Assembly (NCBI GenBank): GCA_002633005.1
Contig: NMRA01000040.1
Span: 989,805-1,053,804 of the forward strand
Source: Phoronis australis
Lineage: Eukaryota; Animalia; Phoronida
Direction of reading: 5' to 3'
Length of the DNA stretch: 64,000 bases
Of this stretch, positions 37,430 through 49,905 are shown one piece after another. Below the pieces are notes generated by a model. That model had not been told where the DNA came from. It made no database searches and saw nothing but the letters and a program-made list of their open reading frames with translations. A program made the position numbers and the translations under genes. How positions within the stretch are numbered: position 1 is the first letter of the stretch; the number at the start of each line of letters is the position of its first letter.

Positions 37430-40400
37430 GTTGACTGACTAGTAAATGAAAGCAAATGACGACATAACTTAAGACAACCGAGGTAGAACAATGACTAACT
37501 CTGCAGCTCTCACAGTCAGACTATATGAAAAGAAATTGGCGTGCCATGCTTGCCTCCTAAAACGTCACTTCCTGAGTAGCGGACGAGTAATTAACAAAAT
37601 TACGAAAAGCTGTAATTAAGTGGAAAATATGTCTAGGATAACCAACCAACCTTATTTAAGCTCAAAATGACATGAAAAAAGGTTGTCTTCGCCTTTAATA
37701 CCCTGCACACTTAAATTGGAAAACCCTGAGAGGGGAATGGGCGATTACCCAAGCAGTTGGCGCTTATGTCCAAATTTTAGCTGAGATGGGCATGCACAGG
37801 GGGTGTTCATTCGAGCACGGAACTTGTAATTTCGGTCAATCACCAGAACCTGACAACCACAAAGTTTCTCACGGCTCAAACTGAAACAGAATTTTGCTAG
37901 AGAGCTATTTAACAACCGCATCAACAAGAACTGTTTTGAGATGAGTGAACGTGACTAATTTTTGTTTCCTTGATTAAGTGCTTGTCCACGAGAGCACCAG
38001 CCATTCAGCGGCAAGGTGGGGGTCAGCCGATTTCACCAAATGGGACACACAGGTAGTCCTATGGGATCTATAAACAGTGGAAAAATATTTCCCAAAATAT
38101 TACGTTATAAGCTCAAACACATTTTATGGCTTCGCAGTCATGTTTCCACGCTGTAAAAACAGATGTCCAATTTTAACTTTTTATATTTTTCCTTCAATGA
38201 AAGCTATTGAACTATTATACCTGAAATACCTGTCACAGACAGGATCATTGGGGATATGCTTGTGCATTGATCCCCTCCCCAGACCATCCCCGTGACAGTA
38301 GAAGGCGCAGAACTCCAGGGCTGCCGTTACCTGTAAGCATGAACTATTATTCATTACACATATGTCTTTTAAAAAGATGCCGATTTACCANCCCCCCCCC
38401 GTTATGCCATTTTGAGGTTATGTTCAATACACTGCTATACCGAATCTGCCCCCACCGCTATGAGATTGAAACTTGGTCAAAATGTTGAAAAAGCATGTTA
38501 CTTTCATTGCATAAAATAAAAACTTTGTCAGCCAGTTTATTAGTTATACATTTTGGCACCTCAAACTTACTAAAATGTGAAATTTTCAAATATCTGAGAC
38601 CGTTGTTTGAGCACTTCAAATCAGATTATCCTTAATGTTTTTCTATTTTTTACTACTTACCACCTAGGACTATAGTACTCCTAGATACCATACATTGCTC
38701 CATTTTTTAAGAAGCCGATTATGTCCTCCACAGTCAACAGGGTTAGACATGAACTCAACAAATGTAGGTTATTTTGATTTACAGTTATGATTTGCAATTT
38801 CTTCATGGGTATTCACACCTATTTAAGTCAGATTTTCTGTTGATCAAATGCTCATGCAATGCATTGTAATATCAAATGAATGATAAGTTAAGTGGCATGA
38901 CCACAATTTTTCATACGACTTAAAACAAAAGGCCGCAGAAAATTTCCTGACGAAATACTGGGTTTGCAGTTCTCTAAAAACATTCGAATGATGAGACAAA
39001 CTCCACCACTGTCCATGGCATATATCGCCCATCGGTCGTATCATTGTTTTCCTTTGTTGTGTCATTGTTGGATATAACAACACAGGTCTCATGGATATAG
39101 AACCTTGGGCGTACATCGGACTGTTGCCGATAAATGCTCGTCAGTTTCCCGTGGATGACCACAGAAGGGGAATCCCAAAGTATCCACAAAAACTTATCAT
39201 GCACCTCAGTAACTCTTACCGCGCACACGAATCCTTTCCGTGGAACCTAAACGCCAATTTTTTATATCCATGTATTTTGTTGTATTGCTCATGGTACGGG
39301 TTCAGATTCCATTGTATTAAGATATCAGTCTCCAACCCTGTAATATGTAGTTTGAGTAAAATGTCTAGACAATGAAGTTTATGGATTTATTTTCTTTTAA
39401 ATGAATAGTAAGCATCAAATTCTGCACTGCTAAAATTACATTTTTCATTTTTCTCTAAAATTATGTTGAGTGCCCTCAATTTTTTCAAAACCTTTCCACA
39501 TTTCGTGCTTTAGGTAAAACTTGAATTTAAAGAAGCATTTATTATTTGTTAAGTGAATCAATATCATGAAAAAACCGAAACAACATTTTAACATCCGCCA
39601 TATCGTGTCTTAACAGTAATTCTTAAAATTTCTGTGGGTTTTATTAGAAGAATTGCCATATGTTTCACCTGTGTTCACCTTTTGGCAGTGGTCTCTTGGG
39701 TGATATACATTTGAATGGTCTCCTTTGAACTGTATTTGAAGAGGGCCATAAGTGGTGGGTGTGGCTAACAGAAGCCATTCACTGGAAGGGAGTGTGTGTT
39801 AGTTTGTGTACATCCTTTATGTGGCTTTAACTTGTCTGAAGTCCTATTAGATAATACTAAAACATGGAGGACAAGGAGAGTTCTGGCTCAAACAGTGTAG
39901 TGTTAGCTTTACATGAGGACAACAAGCTTGTGGATCCGCTGAGTGTCCAATGTTATGTTACTAACTGCTGCCTTGTAGTTCCCTCATCCTGGTCTGAACT
40001 CTCCTCCTTTAGGAGGTAGAAAAAGGCATTGTGTAACAGACCTAGTTTTCATAAGGTATTAGCAGGGCAGCTTATGCACTTCGCAAGTTGGGTGTGTGCT
40101 AGACAGTGCATCAATGATAGGCAATCAGGCCTTATTGGCAAATCATGTCATTTTAAAACCGTGTTTGTATGCATTGATAGGGATTTTTAAAAAGAGTTGG
40201 AAACCTAGGCTTAATTGATTTGAGGCTGGTGCTTTTCTTTCAGTAATGAGGTTTAAAATGAGTGGGATTGATACATGCAGGCCAGGGGTTCATCCAGAAT
40301 TTCAAAGTAAGGCATCCAAAATGGGTTTCCCAATTCTTCAAAAAGTCCTTGACCAACGAAACTTCAATACATTTTTATCATTCCGAATGAAATTGCTGTT

Positions 40401-41200
40401 TAGAGTGGAATGTTACTGTGGAGACATGGTCTGCAATAAAGTTTATGCATCTTACATCATATCTTAACTAAATTTTATTCTGAGCATGCCAGCTGTTGTT
40501 CGCAACTTAAAAGAGACAGCAGTGTCTACTGTACTTGCTTACTTTACTTGGGTGTCCAAATGCTGAACAGGGCCTACTTACTAGTATCAGGTTTTCCATT
40601 TGGATCCTTGCAAGACAGAGGCCTGGTAAAGACCAGTGTCAAGAATGACTTCTTGATGATTTTATCTGTTCTGAGAATTGTGCCTTATTTGGGCCCACCT
40701 ACACGTTTAATACTATTGGTTAGTTTAACTCCTCCTACTCGTACCACGTGATTACTACACGTGGCTGCATGACTGCATTATTATATTGTAGTTTCTGTGC
40801 AAATAAAATCAGTTGTTCATTTAACCTTACACGAACCAGTTATCACTTTTGCTCTCCCAATTCATTCCACATAACCAGAACAGACTACTAAATTTTAACC
40901 TTTGTTTGAATGAAACTTGCCATAGGCTTAGAATTTTTATTGGAGTTGTGACTCGTCCAATTTGACTTCTTCTTTTGAGAAATATTTTGGAAATTTGGCC
41001 TATAGATTTTTTAAAAAGTATACTGTACTAGATGTGTATTAAGTTTAAGGTCTTCAGTTATTAGAAATTTCTATAAAAAAGAGATAAAACCAGTTGGTGA
41101 TGGCACCAAACCCATAATTTTTCTGTAAGCAGTATATTTGCATTTCCGTTGGTCTTTTTTTAATTCCTTCAGTTGAACTCTACTTCAACTTCTTTTTCAG

Positions 41201-41314
41201 GGAGACTATGTTTGGCTGCCGCCAGAGAGAGAAGGGGAGTTTGAGGTTGCAATCGGTGGCAAGATCCAGTTCTCAGATTCTGGCCACATTCAAGTGGTTG
41301 ACGATGACGGGAAG
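41201..41314 (+). CDS. MYO7A: Myosin VIIa coding exon 2 (GDYVWLPPEREGEFEVAIGGKIQFSDSGHIQVVDDDGK)
   Basis: TTTTTCAG acceptor, GTAGGC donor, 114 nt. Encodes the N-terminal SH3-like region. Confidence 0.95.
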
Positions 41315-41351
41315 GTAGGCATTTGGTTGATGTTGAGTAGAGCGGTATTTA

Positions 41352-42719
41352 CGGTAAAAATTCCTGAATTTAGAACAGCAAAAAAATTATTATTTTGAAC
41401 CTGTCCGAAATTTTAGAAATAGGCAATATTGGCCATCCGAAATTGGAGAAATATGAGAAAGATGGCAAAATCGACGGTGTCTCGCAAATTTATGATCGTT
41501 ACAGTTTACATGAAATTCACACGATGTTCTCAAAAACATAAACAGCCATGTTACTGACTTTGAACTCAATCGACTCACCTAATTTTGTGATAGGAATATA
41601 TTTGTCGTGCTACACGCCTTGACTGATTATTCGCAATATCCATTCGTGCTCAACATTTTCATGTTAAACTGTTCGCAAACCAAACGCAGAGGATGCGACT
41701 GTGTAACCCTGGTTTGTTTCTGGGGCAGCGCATGCGACATACTTATGAGTTATCTTTCACTCAAACAGGCTGCCGAAACAGCTTTTCCCGCCAACGAGAT
41801 ACATGTAAATAAGGTCCCCATGGTCTTAGCTCGATTACATATCCATTCGTTTATTTGACAATTATAGAGCTGTTGCTTTATGCGACAGGGTATATTCAAT
41901 CAATAAAAGTTCGGAATTGTTATTCCAAAACATAGCAATAGGCCAGATCACAATTTAATTGAGGTAGAGCCTACGTAGTTCTAACCGCAAAACACCACCA
42001 CAAGCAAGTGGCTGTTCAAGTAGCTGGCTACAAGGGCGTTAGCTTCTTTGACAGAGATATATTTACATGAACATTTTTATACTGTACGACTAACTAGGAC
42101 ATGGATTTTTGCTTTTCACAAACTGTCTTAACTTGACACTGAACTACATCATTTTGCCAATTCTGGAGCATGGCATAGCGAAGGTCGGGGCGCCGAGAGG
42201 AAGATAAGTTGGCCGCAGTTTCGCGAAAACAATTGAAGCCGTGAACCCTTGATTCGGTTTGGTAACACAACGGTCTCATCACCAGTGCTTATTAATTAGC
42301 CGTTAATCCAAATACAAAGCGTGACACTGGCGATTACGCGAAATTTGGAGAACATGCATTTCATTTGCATAGTGAAACCGCAATCCAGCGTGGCAAATAT
42401 TTTGAATCCGTGTTTACGACTGCCAAGAAAACGTGCAAGATATACACAAACCATCCACATCGATAACCATAGACTGCGACATCAGTCAATACCGGTCGCA
42501 GTTTTAAACGATGTGTAAATAATCACCGATCATGCGAAAAAGTGCACTGTCTGAAAATTACAGTGAATGCCGCTAAAATTGGTATGTCCGAAATTTGAGA
42601 AATATGGTGAATGCCAAATTCGACTGGTCCCAAATTTCAGAATAAAAAAAATAAGTTTTGGGGTTGGATTTAGGTGTGCGAAGTTCAGGAGACTGTTCTA
42701 AATTTGGGAATTTTTACCG
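41352..42719. mobile_element. Non-autonomous Tc1/mariner-type element with a TA TSD
   Basis: TA|CGGTAAAAATTCCTGAATTTAGAACAG pairs with CTGTTCTAAATTTGGGAATTTTTACCG|TA. Subterminal TCCGAAATTT-type repeats occur at both ends. No transposase ORF. Confidence 0.85.
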
Positions 42720-42777
42720 TAATTTTGCGTTGTCCAAGAAAATCCTGCTGGCTCCTGTGTCTATACATGTAACATAA

Positions 42778-43023
42778 TAATATATAAAAAATAATTGTAG
42801 GAGGTCTGATACACGTTGTATCAGACGTGCGCAGGCCTCGCATGTGGGCCCATTGCACTGATCACCTGGAAATATTTTTATGCTTCATTGATATATGGTT
42901 AAAACCGAGCTGAGGAGCTAGAAACCTGGCTCAAGGGTTTAGCAGGGTGACCTGGTGGGACTTGAACCCACGACCTCGAGTAAAGAAAGCGGGCACTTAT
43001 CAACCAGGCCACACTGCCTCCTC
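42778..43023 (-). mobile_element. tRNA-derived SINE with a 13-bp TSD
   Basis: On the - strand there is an A box TGGCCTGGTTG and a B box GGTTCAAGTCC. The 3' hairpin is GTCTGATACA-N3-TGTATCAGAC (42804-42826), followed by an AT-rich tail. ACATGTAACATAA occurs at 42765-42777 and 43024-43036. Confidence 0.85.
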
Positions 43024-43124
43024 ACATGTAACATAAGTTCTTGTATTGAACTTTATAAGTGATTGTCTGGTATTCGTTATGCTGTCTCAGTGGTTCAGTT
43101 CTAGTTCTATTGGTGTTGTTCCAG

Positions 43125-43271
43125 GAGCACTGGCTCAAGCCAGGTACCAAGCTCAAGCACATGCACACATCATCCGTGGATGGAGTGGAAGACATGATCT
43201 CTCTCGGAGATTTACACGAGGCCGGCATTCTACGTAACCTCCTCATACGTTACAATAACAATCTGATTTAT
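43125..43271 (+). CDS. MYO7A: Myosin VIIa coding exon 3 (EHWLKPG...[29 protein letters not shown])
   Basis: TTCCAG acceptor, GTATGT donor, 147 nt. Start of the motor domain. Confidence 0.97.
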
Positions 43272-43568
43272 GTATGTAACTTAATGCAGTCGTGTCTTAA
43301 TTTGGTTCATTTTCGCATTGCATGACTGAATTTGTGTACTTCATGTGAAAAGAATGGTGCCTGGGGTTGTATCTTTTTTAGACCACACAAAATGTTTATG
43401 GACTGAAGGTTGTTTAAGTATTTTTAGGAACACAATTAGATTTAGTCAAAAGTCATACTCTTTCCATATTATACCAAGAAGACCTATTGGGTAGTACAGT
43501 TATTGTTACTGAAAGTCTTTCAAAAATGCAGTTGATGAATTTTCAATTCTGTGTTGATGAGGCAAGAA

Positions 43569-44108
43569 AGTACTGATGATATGCCTTGCTTCTTTAGTTG
43601 AGTAGTGCTTGTTCAATTGCACTTATGATATGCCTTGCTTCTTTAGTTGAGTAGTGCTTGTTCAATTGCACTTATGATAAGCCTTGCTTCTTTAGTTGAG
43701 TAGTGCTTGTTCAAGTGTACTGAAGATATGCCTTGTTTCTTTAGTAGAGTAGAGCTTGTTCAAGTGTGCTGATGATATACCTTGTTTCTTTAGTAGAGTA
43801 GAGCTTGTTCAAGTGTACTGATGATATACCTTGTTTCTTTAGTAAAGTAGAGCTTGTTCAAGTGTACTGAAGATATGCCTTGCTCCTTTAGTTGAGTAGT
43901 GCTTATTCAATTGCATTTATGATATGCCTTGCTTCTTTAGTTGAGTAGTGCTTGTTCAATTGCACTTATGATATGCCTTGCTTCTTTAGTTGAGTAGTGC
44001 TTGTTCAATTGTACTGATGATATGCCTTGCTTCTTTAGTTGAGTAGTGCTTGTTCTATTTTACTGATGATATACCTTTCTTCTTTAGTCGAGTAGTGTTT
44101 GTTCAATT
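43569..44108. repeat. Minisatellite with a 49-bp unit, ~11 copies
   Basis: GATATGCCTTGCTTCTTTAGTTGAGTAGTGCTTGTTCAATTGCACTTAT starts at 43578, 43627 and onward. Confidence 0.95.
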
Positions 44109-44217
44109 TGGGCGGTGTTGGAATGAAAGGCAACGTTTAACATTAAATTTCTTATGTTGTTTTATTTCAGAGTTTCAGACTTTGAGCTTTGTTCAAGAAC
44201 TCCCTTGTCCATTGCAG

Positions 44218-44402
44218 ACATTCACTGGCTCCATCTTGGTAGCTGTCAACCCGTACCAGATTTTACCTATCTACACCAATGAACAGATCCAGCAGTATCG
44301 CAATAAGAAGATCGGTGAACTGCCACCACACTTGTTTGCCATTGCTGACAATGCTTACCACAACATGCGCCGCTATGGACACGATCAATGTGTAATAATC
44401 AG
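44218..44402 (+). CDS. MYO7A: Myosin VIIa coding exon 4 ([14 protein letters not shown]...[13 protein letters not shown]...DQCVII)
   Basis: TTGCAG acceptor, GTTAGT donor, 185 nt, ends in phase 2. Confidence 0.97.
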
Positions 44403-44986
44403 GTTAGTGTCACTCAACATGATGGGCAGTCTATGTAAAGATGTGTCTATATCCTCGCACTACAACCATATTCTCCTTAATACGTGCCCTTGCCATGTGA
44501 CATGGATACGCGTTACTTAAAGCTGTTGATTGCACAAAACATTTTCATCACTATAAAAACAGCTTTTGATTTGGGCTATTTTCTGCTATTATAGTGAGTT
44601 ACTATCTTGCAGGTTTTAGAAGAACTGACTGTATGTCATTGCATTGCATTGGACTAAACTTGAATTCGGGGAAAGGGTTTTAATGTGAAGAATGCAATGT
44701 GTGCGTAGGTGTGGGTGTGATGTGTCATTGGGGATTTCTGTTTTTGTACCGTACTGTTCTGTGTTATTATTGCAATAAATGTTAAACTTGGGAATAGACT
44801 GGTTCCTGGCCACGCCACTAAGTGGAGTTAGTAGTACTGGATCCCAGGTGTTTTGTACTTTTGTGCACTGGTATTTTTGTTGACACTTTATGTGTATCAG
44901 TTACTGGGTCCTGGTGGGAATTTTGTGTACTGCATAACATTGTTATGATATTGTTAAGTATTGTTATAGTGTTGATAGTGTTGTAG

Positions 44987-45172
<186 letters not shown>

Positions 45173-45219
45173 TAAAAGCAGCTATGCTAATTTTGATTAA
45201 AATCATCTCATTGGTCACA

Positions 45220-47249
45220 TTTTTACTTGGCGAAATTCTATCAAATTCGCCAAGTATGTTGCTTTGCCATCAATTTTTTTGTTTGTTTGTTCGCACTCTA
45301 TGCAGATGATACTACTTTGTCTGTTGTGGCAAACTCGCTGATCGCTGTAGAGGACAGACTCCAGTCTGATCTGGATAAGGTTGCTACCTGGTATACTAAT
45401 AATAAAATGGTAATTAATGCTGATAAAACAAAATGTACGAGTATTGCCACAGAGCAACGGCATAGTAGAAGTAATCTTGAGCTTAACCTTGCTATTTCCA
45501 ATGTACGCCTCAAATATGTTGACAGTGAAAAGTTGTTAGGTGTTACTGTAGACAAGACCCTCAGCTGGTCTAGCCATATAAATGGGACTGTGTCCAAAAT
45601 TAGGCAGCGCCTTGGTCTTCTCCGGCATATATCACCATTTCTTCCCACAGAAGGGCGTCTGCAATATTTCAGCGCTTGTGTATTCACTCTGTTTGTTACT
45701 TGTAGTACAGTGTGGTCAGGATGCAATGCAAAATTAGTTTCCTCTTTAATGAAGGCTCAAAAGTAGGCAGCCAGACTTGTTCTAGGTGTGCCTTTTGACA
45801 CGTCAACTCATATGTTTAATAGACTGGGCTGGCTCCCTAATGACAAATATTTTATATATGGGCGTTTTTGTATGATGCATAGGTGCTTTCACGGTAATGT
45901 ACCGACTTATCTATCTCATAATCTCGTACTTGTTCAAAATAGCCACCAGATTAGGACAAGATTTTTCTGCCTCAAACAATTTGGTTTTGCCCAGACACAG
46001 AACATCGTTTTATTCTAAGTCCTTCTTTATTCAGACCATTAAAAAGTGGAACAATTTGCCTAATAATCTTAAGGATGCTGATTGTTATGATAATTTCAGG
46101 CACCACCTCATCAGTTACATGTGGTCGTCATAGATGTCCCTCCTTCTTGTCTTTCCAATATATTTACCAAAAATTTTATTATTCATTTATTTATGTTTAA
46201 TTCAATTTGTTTTATCCAATTTGTAAATATTATTTTATTTTATTTAATGTATCTTATTGTATCTTAATTTAATCTGTTTAATCTGTTTATCTAACTTAAT
46301 TTAATTAATTTAATTTCTTGCTGCAGAGGACCATGCTGGATATTAGCCTTTGGCTAAAGCATGTTTTACATTTATTGTAATTTCATCCTCAATTAAATAA
46401 AGTTTATTATTATTATTATTATTATTACTATTATTATTATTATTATACTCTATAGGTTGCATTATTTAGCCAATTACCACGAAATTTACACAAACCTCTA
46501 GTTCTGAAAGTCCTGGAAGCCTATAGTTTTTTGTTGTGATCGGATCCAAGATGGTGGATGTGGTGGCTATTTTGTTTTCAAGTTCAGATTCAAACACTCG
46601 TAGAGGCCGTAATTTTTAGGTACGCGGCTGAAGTCAGCAAGTATGTTGTACCGTACATGTTCTACATTTGTGTTGAGAATTATTTACTTCCGGTTAACAA
46701 TGATGGAAATACAGGCAATTGCGCATGCGCACCTCGATTTCGGGCAAAAAATGTTTTCTCCTGTAGAGGGCGCATTATAAAAACAATTCCTTTGAAAGTT
46801 TTCAGGTGTTAGTTTTTTTATGACATGCTATTATTCAGACCTAAAAAACCGGAAGTTGCTTTCAAGATGGCGGATCTGGCGCATGTTGACCCATTTTCAG
46901 TTGTGCTGGGTTGCCATTTTAAACGGGAAGACAAAATGACGTGAATTTTTGGATGTGGATTCTCTAAAGAATATCCTTTCAAATGGCCTATAACAATTTT
47001 TTTCTCAGACTTACCGTTCTTGAGTTATTTGACTTGAATTTCAAAAAAAATGCAAAATTTCAATTTTTCGAAAAGTTTACGGAATTTTGCAAAAGTACCT
47101 TGTTAAATAGAATTTTGAATGGGCTTTCAGCAGATATTATTCATTTTTCATAATCCCCACTATCATCATCATAATCATCATCGTCGTCATCTCCATCGTC
47201 GTCTTTACGGTTAATTTCGCCAAGTGTCACTCCTCTGGGCGCTCTTGTT
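45220..47249 (+). mobile_element. Family A element interrupted by a LINE
   Basis: The 5' end is TTTTACTTGGCGAAATT...AATTCGCCAAGTA. The A sequence resumes after the LINE tail at 46447 and ends AATTTCGCCAAGTGTCACTCCTCTGGGCG. Confidence 0.8.
45302..46446 (+). mobile_element. 5'-truncated CR1/L2-group (Crack/Daphne-like) LINE: RT C-terminus, 3' UTR and (TTA)n tail
   Basis: Reading YADDTTL...W...NKMVINADKTK...KLLGVTVDKTLSWSSHI, with a stop at 45764 and frameshifts. AATAAA is followed by (TTA)n at ~46404-46446. TSD ACTCTAT at 45295-45301 and 46447-46453. Confidence 0.9.
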
Positions 47250-47578
47250 ACTTCATTTATTCAGGTTGTTTAGTTCTGTAACTTTTTTCTCCCTTTATTT
47301 TCATTGTGATTGATATTTTTCAGAATACAGTCCTCTGAAAGAGCTAGAAATGAAAAATTGCTATCTGATATAGAACTTTTCTATAATGTGTACTTGAAGT
47401 GAAGACATTAATTGCTGTACCTATGTGAGTACTGTAATCACATTCAATGTGATGTAGGTGAGCCCATCGGAATAATTAGATATTTACGAGGATTCACTTG
47501 CCTCTCCACTGCTCAGATCTGAGACATCTTCTGTTGCTGCGCAGTGACTTATTTCAGCTCTATAATTCCCTTTTTCAG

Positions 47579-47721
47579 CATTTGGCAATGCCAAGACGAT
47601 TCGTAATGACAACTCTTCCCGCTTTGGCAAGTACATTGATATCCACTTTAACAATGATGGTGTCATTGAAGGGGCCAAAATAGAACAATACCTGCTGGAG
47701 AAGTCACGCATTGTAACACAG
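47579..47721 (+). CDS. MYO7A: Myosin VIIa coding exon 6 (switch I: [24 protein letters not shown]...[11 protein letters not shown])
   Basis: TTTTTCAG acceptor, GTACAG donor, 143 nt. Confidence 0.98.
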
Positions 47722-47899
47722 GTACAGCATACAAATGGAATCAAGAAATACCTATCACAATACCTTGCCAGGCAGAGCTTATTCTTCAGATAAGAAAGGT
47801 CTCATGAAATAAACTACGTGCTGAGTTTATCACTGTTGGTTGTGGTACTAGGACAGTGGGCGGAAACTTGGCTACAAATCTTCATCTTCTGTTAGTCTC

Positions 47900-48740
47900 A
47901 AACCTTATTTAGTGACCTCCATTCTATCTCATACATCAAAAAACCAGGCAAAACCAAGAACATGAGCAACCATGATCCCGACGCTATTACACGTATTAGA
48001 TAGCCCGTGAGGAGATCTGTTTACAAACCAAATGTGAAAAGTTTTGGATTGAACTCCGCAATCATAATTCAAAAAAATGTCTTTCACCCCAAAACAAAAG
48101 TACTTGGGCTATTGACAACATAAACACTGTATGTAAATTTCGTGTCAATCAGACGGAAAATCCAGCTCAAATAAGATGGGCTAACGAAGTGCAGCTAGTG
48201 AGAACCAGTCCATAAAAGAACAATGATCTAAGTGGTAAACTTTGATTATTGCGAGAATGGTAAGTCGTAGCGAGAAATGGGTTCACAATGCTGATAGCTC
48301 TTGCAAAGATCTGTCCACATACCAAATTTCAGACAGATCTGTCAAGGGATGTCGAAGATACGGCACGAAAATTAAATTAATTAAATACTAGTTCTGGGAA
48401 AATCTCGAATAACTTGAGAATGGTAAGTTATAGTGTGAAACAAATGACAAACATCCAATAGTCCTTGAAATCATCTATCCGCAGAAAAAATAATCACACT
48501 AGAAACAGCGGAATTATGGCTCTGGAAACCAAAAATGTGAAAAATGGCTGCCACGGCACCATTTTGCGTTGATTTTAACCAGAAAAAATAGGCTTCAAGC
48601 CATTGACGAGACGTGTGTAAATTCCATGTTGATGGGATGCAAAACGCGCCCTGTAGCATGCAAAGAAAGAAAGAAACAAACAAAAAACAAATTTTATGAC
48701 AGAGCAAAAGACTTGGAGAAATTTTATTTCACCAGGTAAT
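47900..48740 (-). mobile_element. Diverged family A-related element on the minus strand (3' boundary approximate)
   Basis: The reverse complement begins TACCTGGTGAAATAAAATTTCTCCAAGTCTTTTGCTCTG...CTACAGG, like the family A 5' end, and contains AAAATGGTGCCGTGGCAGCCATTTT. Confidence 0.55.
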
Positions 48741-49791
48741 GAATGAATTTTGGATGAGGATTTCACAACTTGCTGTGTTCATGAAAACAAAGTGCCAGCC
48801 GCTGTGCAGCTACTTGGTGTATTCGTCACATGTTATCATCGGTCGTATGTACACAGACACACAACTCCCTCAGGATGAAAACTACGTTTTGTTTTTATTT
48901 TTCATGGCATCGTTTTATGCTATATACACCTTGTTAACTCAATATTATTGTGACTCGGTGAATGAAAGGTCTGTGAGTTGCAGCAACTCCATATGAGTGA
49001 CGGCTCAATAACCTTTGAACTTGCATAAGTAGTAAGCAAATTTCTACGTGGCTGAAGGTGGTTCTGCAAAATCTTTTTCTCGCTACACATATTTCGTGTT
49101 TGAAGATTCCTGAGAATGAAGATGACATATTTTTCTAGACATGGAATAGTGCAAAAACAGTCAATTTTTGTGAACAGGTTTTAGATGATAACATTTACAA
49201 CTTTTTGTTTATTTTAATATTGCTTTAAATACCAAAAAATGTAATGCAGACTGAACACATTTAAGGGTATGTAGGACCCTCGAGAAATTCCTAATTTTCC
49301 CTAGCTTCGGAGCATCATATCTCACAAATGACTGAGTAGATTCATATAAAACTATCCAACCCTATGCTTTATGCACTGTTAGGAATTGTTTTCAAGATGC
49401 TCCACTTATGCATGAGGGTCGATCAAAAATTAGGATTTATTATTTTCATATAAAGTTGCATCAAATAAAAATGAAACCACAATGTAGAAAACAGTAACAG
49501 GATTTTTGAGATTTCATGTTGAACATTTGGTCATATTGATACTGTTTTGCTAACAATGTACCTTTTTTTGCAAAATTTTACCAAAAAGACATTGTCCTGA
49601 GACCCAATTAGTGACAGATTGGTAAAAACGTCAAAAATCAAACTCTAGAGGATTTTCTACTGTCACGAAATATGTACTTTCAGAGACTGAGTTAAAATCT
49701 ATAATTTAGTAGATATTTAGCTAAATACGCAAACTTTTGGATAATCTTAACAGGACAGTGGCCCAGCTAATTGCTAGTATTGGTATTTCAG

Positions 49792-49905
49792 ATGCACGAT
49801 GAAAGAAACTACCACATCTTCTATTGCCTGCTGGCTGGTATGACTGCCAAGGATAAGGCCCAGCTCGAGCTAGTGTCGGCGGAAGACTACTACTACCTGA
49901 CACAG
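49792..49905 (+). CDS. MYO7A: Myosin VIIa coding exon 7 ([16 protein letters not shown]...DYYYLTQ)
   Basis: TTTCAG acceptor, GTATGA donor, 114 nt. Contains the ERNYHIFY motif. Confidence 0.97.

Larger units (their letters stand above)
36002..37694. mobile_element. Kolobok-type DNA transposon, internal-deletion derivative (1693 bp)
   Basis: 147-bp TIRs (36002-36148 and 37548-37694, 5 mismatches by eye) begin with AG. TTAA flanks both sides (35998-36001 and 37695-37698). Two convergent truncated ORFs lie inside. Confidence 0.9.

Noticed and set aside
36002-37694. piggyBac element or host THAP/P2X7 genes
   Set aside because: TTAA fits piggyBac, but the AG termini, THAP domain and second convergent ORF fit Kolobok. 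Both ORFs are truncated, intronless and enclosed by TIRs, and no P2X channel domain is present.
39864-40019. Alternative first coding exon of the myosin (MEDKESSG...)
   Set aside because: The only nearby donor (GT at 40016) gives phase 2, incompatible with the phase-0 exon at 41201, and there is no homology support.
42945-43020. Functional tRNA gene
   Set aside because: A and B boxes are present, but there is no convincing cloverleaf. It continues into a body and tail bounded by a TSD, so it is a SINE head.
43569-44108. CRISPR array
   Set aside because: Head-to-tail 49-bp units with no unique spacers, so an ordinary minisatellite.
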